A DNA stretch of 63,651 bases, counting the filler, from Trichomonas gallinae (taxonomy: Eukaryota): assembly GCA_008369845.1 (NCBI GenBank). It is 7 parts of 7 records of this genome, joined end to end, with 100 filler letters (N's around TTAATTAATTAA, not from the genome) between each part and the next. Parts side by side here need not be neighbours in the genome. Positions count along the whole stretch, not along the records: positions 54,063 to 60,777 come from MRSU01000828.1; positions 60,878 to 63,651 come from MRSU01000835.1; 5 more parts are not named here. One strand, 5' to 3'. Position numbers and translations under genes: made by a program. Below, piece by piece: positions 56,178 through 63,651 of the stretch. Numbering within the stretch: the stretch's first letter is position 1; each line of letters opens with the position of its first letter. The notes beneath the pieces were generated by a model. That model did not search any database and was not told where the DNA came from. It worked only from the letters and a program-made list of their open reading frames with translations.

Positions 56178-57692
56178 TTAAATCATTCCTGTAATGTTTG
56201 TTGTTAGAGCTAAATTCTGCTATTTTTTTATTTATTCGTCTATTTTGCAGGCTGAATATCGCGTTAAATAGGTTACACATATATCTAATTTTTATTGTCG
56301 ATCATTATTAACGCAAAACGGAATTTTATCATGTGGAACTATCTAAGAATTCCAACACATAGCTAAATATAATCGACTTTTCGTTTTATATTCGATATTT
56401 CTTAGAGAAATTTCGAATTGTTACTTGACCATGATTAATAAGATATTTCACCTGCAAAATCATATGCAAATATAATGACATGCATAAAATAGTTTCAAAT
56501 GCAATATTCAAAATTGGTCTTATAATAATATAGTTTTCCTATCTTATGAGTCATAAATCATTGAAATATGTGATGAAAAACAGCTAATTCTTTAAGGATA
56601 TGCAAATCGATGTTGAAATATTTCACGGACGTTCTATAATATAATAGTTAAGGGTTAAGCATTTGAATATAGATAAAACTTTTGCTAATTAGCATATATC
56701 TACTTTCTTGTTCACTATCAAGTCTTGAAATATTTTGGCAATTTGATTATATAATCACACTTGTTGCATTCTTTCATCAAATCACACAAAACTTTATATA
56801 TGATAATCTGTGATGCGGATTCATATACAAAACCATTACATTTTTGAAAAGCTTTGAACTAACGTTATTTTTCATTTTAACACATTCGCATATGCATATA
56901 TAGATACTGCTCATTTAATTTTTAACCCCAAATAGTGCTAAATACCGATAAAAATCCATAAATCACCTATTTTTAAACTGAAAATCAATTTTTAGACACT
57001 AATGAACTAGAAAAATAATAATATAACCATAATAGTATATAAATATCAAAGAAAATTGCATGATTCTCATTTTCGATTTTTCACATTTTGATTTGCCAGA
57101 AATTTTATAAATCATAACTTTGGCAGGAAATTCGGAAATAGCTATTCTCATGCTAGTGATGCATGAAATCACAAGAAATTATAATGATTCGGCTAAAATA
57201 AATATTTTTCATTTAAGATATATAATCTATATCATATATAGATATAGAATCTTAAATCATTTTTGATTTACAAAGAAAATCGATATAAAAAATAAACAAA
57301 AGTGACAAAATTTTAAAAATTGACAAATATTCGTTAATTAAATTTTTATTCCTGTTAACTTCCTTTATCTATAATAGACACGTAAAGTTATACAGATTTA
57401 CTAATAGTATTTATACTTCTTTTTCTTTTTTGAAAATATTTTTTTTATCCAATAGTTTTCCTGCCGACATATGTTAACCGAATCCTCTAGATAAGTTTGG
57501 AAAGTATTAGAAACAATAACCCAAAGCTTGCTTTGTTTGAATAAAAAAATATTGTTGATAAAATAATTAGTATTCTGTGATGTTTGTGTAACTAAATCAT
57601 ATATATAACTTATAGTTAGCACATTTTAAAAAATAAATAGGAATTAAACTAAAGAATAGAATAGATTTATTAGAAAAAACACAAAACTAACA

Positions 57693-58169
57693 TTATATTG
57701 TCCAAAATCCCTCTATAGATGGAAATTGACCTGCTTCAAGCAGCTTCATTTCGATAGTATCAAACGGATTTATAAATGTTTCCTGTTCTATAATAGCATT
57801 AATAGATGCAGGGATCTCGGGTGAGTTGGTTTGCTCTGGTTCTGAATTCTCGCTTAGACAGGGAGAAGAATTATCTTTAAAAGAGTCTATTATTGGGGCT
57901 ATTCTATTCCAATTTACGCAGAACCAGAGAATAACTCCAGTCTTTGTACGCCAATCAACCCTAGAAGTTTTGATTCCAGTACTTTCCTTGACTCTTCTTT
58001 GTAGTTTAAGGACTTCATTCATTGATACACCACCGGCAACGTCATAGACTTTTGTCTCGACCTGACCGTAGATGCCTTTGTGGTTCTTAAAGCGGTCCTT
58101 CTTCATCTTAAGCTCACGTGATGGTGCGCTACGGCGTTTCTGGATGACAGAGGTTATGCAGGATGTCAT
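57693..58169 (-). CDS. Small lineage-specific protein with an RxxxRxKxxxxxWFxxNW motif and acidic tail
   Basis: 158 aa, GIKTSRVDWRTKTGVILWFCVNWNRIAPII. GTTCATTTTT initiator upstream. Confidence 0.78.
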   Translation of the reverse strand: MTSCITSVIQKRRSAPSRELKMKKDRFKNHKGIYGQVETKVYDVAGGVSMNEVLKLQRRVKESTGIKTSRVDWRTKTGVILWFCVNWNRIAPIIDSFKDNSSPCLSENSEPEQTNSPEIPASINAIIEQETFINPFDTIEMKLLEAGQFPSIEGFWTI

Positions 58170-58392
58170 TAAAGTTGAAAAATGAACTAAACAAGAATTC
58201 TGATTGACGCATATTTGAATTCGTTATTTTCAAAAGTTGAAATTTATTCAGATATTATGCATCTGAACAATTATAGGGGTAATTTTCCTTTTTCATAAAA
58301 TCATGCATAAAATAATATTGATCTATGAATAATTATAACCATGATTTTCACGTTTTATATTCCAACGAAGATTTACGCCTAACAAAATTGTG

Positions 58393-58469
58393 AATAGCTT
58401 TTGATAGACAAGCACGTTTCGATTTCATTCAGTTTCATTCAATTTTGAGTTCCGTTATCAAAAGCTATT
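58393..58469. repeat. Perfect 14-bp inverted repeat
   Basis: AATAGCTTTTGATA (58393-58406) and TATCAAAAGCTATT (58456-58469). Confidence 0.7.
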
Positions 58470-60777
58470 TTGAATGAAATTTTATCAAAATCTTGAGATG
58501 ACAGTACAAACATATTGCATGTAGGAAATGAATTTACCTTCTTGTAAATTTAACATATACCCATCAATTGTTAGGCCTATTTCCATCATATCATAATATA
58601 AATCCTTATATTATCTAAAAATTTTCAAATTTTATAAAATTATTGCCATTCAAATTTCTGATATAAATTCATTCTCCAAAATCATAAATTTATACTTCTT
58701 ATGCGATAATATCTCATATAACACTTAGTTTATATTTGAGAGAATAAGAAAAAGTTTTACACTCAATCTCCTAACGTCTGCATTCTATATCTATAGACAA
58801 AATTTAAAATAGGTTTAACTGTAATAAAATTTTTTACCTTGTAAAATTTTTTTATAAAAAAATTGAATCAAGTGACCAAATTTGGACTTCATGTTAATAT
58901 CATTAATTTATAATTGTATAGATTGTTGCAAAATTTAAATACCAAGCAAGCTGTGAAACAAGCAAATATTTGCTGCTTAGACTCCATAAAGTCATATGAG
59001 TTTAACAAGCGGATAAAATGGTGTGCAATTGAGAATTCTCTCAAAATATCAAAATAACAGTTTTTATGAAGTTTTATACGATATCATTTTATTTGGAAAT
59101 TCTAATCTTCAAAGCTTTTTATACCAATAACATCCGTAAACTTGGCAAAAACATATAAAATTTTGTAAAATCTAACTTCAATACTGTTTATTCTTGATAG
59201 GTACCCAGAATTAACTCTTATTCTACTTCGAACGACCACTAATTCTGATTGATTTATCCTTTTTTATCAGTTTTACGAGGAAAATTATCTTGAATTTTCT
59301 TGGATTTTATCAATATTAATCCTATTATTAGCTCTACTTAAGTAAATTATGATTGTTCATTGCTCTTAAATTGCTTTATTATGATTTATTTATGATTTCA
59401 TAATTTCAAAATCTTCATGCTTCAACCACATCCAATTTTATCCCCACGAATACGATTCCTCATTAGATATTAGACCAAAATATACAAGTAGTTTTATATT
59501 GTTTCATTATTTCATCATAAATCTCAAAAGAATTCAATGCCATTTCCTATAAAGATGCCGTTGTTATTCATTATTATAAACAATACTAATATACCCATAG
59601 TTCATTACAAAAAAGGCAAAATACTGTATATTATCCGTGGCCTAAATTTATCTCTAGTCAACATTCTAAATTGAATCCAGGAATCTAATATGTATCAGTT
59701 AAAATCAAATTTACGAAATTCCCATCATCATAAATCCAACTTCTGATTCCCATCATCAATATATTTCGTATTACAGCTCATTGTAATGTAGATTATTAAT
59801 TATATAGTTATTTCCTATCATTAGGTGCATCAACTGGAAAATTTAAGACTGTATTTAATGATGAATTTATTTTTTTCCGAAGAAGTCGCTTTAGTAATCA
59901 ACAATTGACTATTTTACGCCAATCAAATTATAATGATTATATACAAAATGCATGTTACGCTTATGATATGCTATTCAATACATAATATATGATTATTTGT
60001 TGAAACGTTGTATTCATAACCTTCTTTGTCTTATTCCTGATATTAATGCTCTTTCACTAGTCTGATTTCACTTTCATATTTCAATTTTGAAATCTCATTC
60101 AACAACCATTAATTTTCATTCATAGTTTGCATTATTTTATATATAAAGAATCGATTGGCATTAAGCAAACTAATGATTTTCGATAATATTATCTGAAATG
60201 TGCAAATTTTATGATTTCTTTTGTTTCAATTAATATATCAACATCTTCTAGTCATATACATCATTTTCTAAAGATTTATCCATAGTAACTCCCTATCGAA
60301 TGTTTCATATATTTTGATAACAACAAATTCAAATAGATTTTGACACAAATCAATTTATGAATATAAAATATTCACAATTTCCTATCATGTCAATAAACTA
60401 AATAGCATTATATCCGATGAGTTTCCAATTTTTCCAAAAAAATAAATCATCGTATGGATTTATGTAGAATAATCAATTTCCTGATCGCAATGAACCAAAA
60501 TATCCAATACTATTAAGTTATTTTGCTTGCTTTATCGTAGTTTGAATTATTTTCTGCAATTTTTCAATTTTTAAACATGTTTTCACCCATAATAATCGCT
60601 ATATATTAATTTTATAACAAGCAAAAATAAAAAATCGAAAAATTCAAAAAATGAATTTAAAAATTAATCGAATTTTCCAATTTTATGGGTAAAAAATTAT
60701 ACAGAAACAAAATCTTAGCCCGAAAAGCACAAAAATAAGGACAAAAAAAAAAAAAAAAAAAAAAAATGGAAAAAAAA

Positions 60778-60877
60778 NNNNNNNNNNNNNNNNNNNNNNN
60801 NNNNNNNNNNNNNNNNNNNNNTTAATTAATTAANNNNNNNNNNNNNNNNNNNNNNNNNNNNNNNNNNNNNNNNNNNN
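60778..60877. other. Artificial contig linker
   Basis: N44-TTAATTAATTAA-N44. Confidence 0.97.
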
Positions 60878-61396
60878 CCAGTCATTCATAAGCCAGTCGT
60901 TCATCAAACATTTGTTCCAAAGCCAGTCATTCATAAGCCAGTCGTTCATAAACCAGTTGTAGTTGTTCCTGTAAAATCTAAACCAGCGCCAAAGCCAGTT
61001 ATTCCAACGCCAAAGCCAGTTATTCCAACACCAAAGCCAGTTATTCCAACGTCAACTCCAGCCCCAGCACCATCAGATTATGAATTAGAAATAGACGAGA
61101 AGGAGATCAAGCAGCAACTCGCTGAAGTTGATAAGACATGCCAGGCATTCCTCAAGGATCTCATGACAGCTGGTGATGTCATCAATAGCAAGAGTGGTGA
61201 AGATATCGCTAAGCAAGCCTTCGCTTTCTACAACAATTTGGAGACAAAGGGATCTGCTAACGCCAAGGCAATCCAAGACACCGTTTCCAAGCAGATCAAC
61301 TACATCCACTCCAAGGGCCAGCACGTCAACTATGAGGCTCCAGTTGTCACATCTATGAACCAGCTAGAAAACTTGATGAAGCAAATCAAGAAATAA
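60878..61396 (+). CDS. 3' part of a Pro/Val/Lys/His-repeat protein with a helical C-terminal domain
   Basis: Open from the contig start: PVIHKPVVHQTFVPKPVIHKPVVHKPVVVVPVKSKPA(PKPVIPT)x3 STPAPAPSDYELEIDEKEIKQQ...NLMKQIKK*. Strong codon bias. Confidence 0.8.
   Translation, partial: PVIHKPVVHQTFVPKPVIHKPVVHKPVVVVPVKSKPAPKPVIPTPKPVIPTPKPVIPTSTPAPAPSDYELEIDEKEIKQQLAEVDKTCQAFLKDLMTAGDVINSKSGEDIAKQAFAFYNNLETKGSANAKAIQDTVSKQINYIHSKGQHVNYEAPVVTSMNQLENLMKQIKK
60989..61051 (+). repeat. 21-bp coding tandem repeat, three copies (PKPVIPT)
   Basis: CCAAAGCCAGTTATTCCAAC(G/A) at 60989, 61010 and 61031. Confidence 0.9.
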
Positions 61397-61608
61397 ACTA
61401 TATGTTTATTCGACATAGTTTACTTATATATCATTCTTTTTATAATCATTTACCAAAAAAATGAACAATTAATGTTTTGATATTTTCAAAAAAATCCATA
61501 GTTTTTCTTGATTTTTCATGGATATTAATAAGAATAAAAACGTGGTGTCTATCATTACAATAAATATTTTGGCTACAAAATCCTTTGATATTTACAATAA
61601 CAAACAAT

Positions 61609-63183
61609 TTAAAATAAATACGAATTCTCTATTGGCTCATTTTCTACCATAAAATGAAATCTTTCTACTGCATTTTTGTTAGAAGGAAGTTGCTTCATTC
61701 TTCTCTTCTCTTGCAGTCTGTCTGCTGCAGAAATCATTGACTGCGCAATCTCAGATGTGAAAGATGGAGGTCTGTCATACTGTATTTGTTGCTGCTCGGC
61801 ATACATAGACCTTCTGATCGCGTTTTGGATTTCCATGTTGAGCAAAAATGTCTGATTGAGGTCCTCTCTTATTGACTCGCACATGTCATTGACCTTCTTT
61901 GATAAGTCACTCATCTGCGAGTCCAGTCTCTCATTTTCATCATCTCTGTCAATAATCTCGAACAATTTATCCATTTCGTTTTGAATTTTGTTGGTGATGT
62001 TTTCTCTATTCGATCTATTTGTCTCTGATAGTTCTTTCTCAGCCGCTTCCGTCTGCTTCAGCAAGCGCTCGATTGACTCAAGCTCTAAAGATTGCTGCTG
62101 CAGGCGATTTTCGTAATCAGCGCCGCGAAGTTTCATTGATTTCAACATTCTTTCCAATGCACGAGTTTTCGAAATTTGTTCATCAGTCTCTCTTTGCGTG
62201 CTGATCTTTGCTTTGTCCATCTCATTCAAAACATTAGAGCTGAAGTCCCCAAAAATCGTCAGAAGCTTATCAACTGTTTTGTTCAAGTCCTGATAATCTT
62301 GAATTTTTCGTGCTTTCAGCTGCTGCTGTTTTCTAGAATTGTCATCGAAAATTACTCTGAGTGACTTAATTCCATCATCGATGATTTCTCCGACACGAGA
62401 ACCAAATGTTTTAACGTCTGGATGTGGATTTTCTTTGTGATCTCCAATATTACTGATATCTGAAATTAAATTATTAATGAAATTATCGAAAACGCTTTGT
62501 TCAACTGTATCAGTGTATCTGATGTAAGATGTAGTATCGCGTATTGCGCTTCTCTTGAAATTATTTAATGATCTTTCAAGTTGTTTTGAAATATTGCATT
62601 CGAATCTAACTAAAGGATCATTACTTGGCTTAGGAAGCTCTTTGACAGGTGAAGGCTTCTTAATTGGCTCAGGTGCAGGAGGTTGCTCAATGCTTGGCAG
62701 AGGTGGCATCAAATCATCTGCTGATGGCTGAATTTTTCGTTCGAATCGCGGTGGAATGTTGGTAATTGGAGGATTGTCATTGAATACTATATCTTTCGTT
62801 GGAATTGGAGTTGAAAATAAATCATCATCTGTATTAAATGGAGGATTTTTAGCTGTTTGCAGAACAGGCTGAACAATATCGGGTTTAAATGCGTTTGATG
62901 AAGCGGATGGTGTAAGAGAACCAGATAATAAAAGTCTCGGAGGAATATTTGGCTTTGTTTCGTTTTCTTGGTTATTATTATTCGTAATAAGCTTTGGTCT
63001 TTCTGCATTAGACAAGTTTTTGAGGAAATCGTCCTCGTCATCGAAAAGAGGAGGAAGATCTAAATCGTTGACATTCTGCGGAGGAGCTTGTTGCTGCTGT
63101 GGCGGTGGCTTTATGTCGCCAAGGCTAAGTAAGGACTTTCCACGTGGAAGTAATCCGCCTTTGCCTAAATCACCAAGCAACAT
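61609..63183 (-). CDS. Hypothetical protein, Pro-rich disordered N-terminus and coiled-coil C-terminus
   Basis: 524-aa ORF with DDDLF/DDLM acidic-hydrophobic motifs, PxxP tracts and a heptad-rich second half. Confidence 0.8.
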   Translation of the reverse strand: MLLGDLGKGGLLPRGKSLLSLGDIKPPPQQQQAPPQNVNDLDLPPLFDDEDDFLKNLSNAERPKLITNNNNQENETKPNIPPRLLLSGSLTPSASSNAFKPDIVQPVLQTAKNPPFNTDDDLFSTPIPTKDIVFNDNPPITNIPPRFERKIQPSADDLMPPLPSIEQPPAPEPIKKPSPVKELPKPSNDPLVRFECNISKQLERSLNNFKRSAIRDTTSYIRYTDTVEQSVFDNFINNLISDISNIGDHKENPHPDVKTFGSRVGEIIDDGIKSLRVIFDDNSRKQQQLKARKIQDYQDLNKTVDKLLTIFGDFSSNVLNEMDKAKISTQRETDEQISKTRALERMLKSMKLRGADYENRLQQQSLELESIERLLKQTEAAEKELSETNRSNRENITNKIQNEMDKLFEIIDRDDENERLDSQMSDLSKKVNDMCESIREDLNQTFLLNMEIQNAIRRSMYAEQQQIQYDRPPSFTSEIAQSMISAADRLQEKRRMKQLPSNKNAVERFHFMVENEPIENSYLF

Positions 63184-63651
63184 TCAAAAATTTCTTAACG
63201 TACACAAATTTTTACAATTTTCAATCCACAACCAACAAAATCATTTCATGGTTGTGTCAATGGCATCTATACAACGATGTAGATCAATACGAAACACGCT
63301 GCACGTGTTTAATCTATAAACTTTGTGATTTTTCATCAAAAATTGGAACATTTTTTTATTCACATAATAACACAAAACTGTATATAGAAAATCCATCCAT
63401 AGCATAACACTATTATCTGCATATTAAGTAGATTCTACCTACAAAATATAAACTTGTATTATTGGTTATATATTCCGCAAAATGCATTTTATGTTTTGCT
63501 TTATAATTTTAACAATATTTGACATGTAAAAATATTTATCTGACATTTCATCGCTGTTGAAAATAAATCCATTTTAAGGGTGCACCGTACTGTACGTTAA
63601 GCCTCAAAAATGGAAAAATGGGGGCTTAGGGAAAGTCCCTGAATATTTAAC

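Noticed and set aside
10469..60877. TTAATTAATTAA repeated six times between N-runs, as a biological repeat or CRISPR-like array
   Set aside because: Each copy is an identical 100-bp N44-12mer-N44 block giving stops in all six frames. This is an assembly linker.

Overview
AT-rich, gene-dense eukaryotic DNA with no introns detected, most consistent with a trichomonad (Parabasalia, Trichomonas-like). Support: TCA(Y)-type initiator motifs just before many ATGs, Bap-like surface proteins, a multi-TM PAS adenylyl cyclase, an Hsc20 with a hydrogenosome-type leader, and small lineage-specific families. The window is seven contigs joined by six artificial 100-bp linkers (N44-TTAATTAATTAA-N44), so adjacency across linkers is unproven. 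It holds about 25 complete and 6 contig-truncated CDSs, one tRNA-Gln(UUG) and several pseudogenes. I found no CRISPR array, rRNA or transposase, and no multi-gene system I can call novel with confidence. Best leads: (1) an intergenic three-way-junction RNA-like structure at 13714-13783 behind a promoter-like motif, (2) a Ste24/M48 homologue lacking its catalytic residues, (3) a recurrent intergenic TGACRYGTAAA motif and phased TGAC arrays in promoters, (4) an RPA32/Stn1-like OB-fold protein. All family calls come from motif recognition by eye, with no database search.
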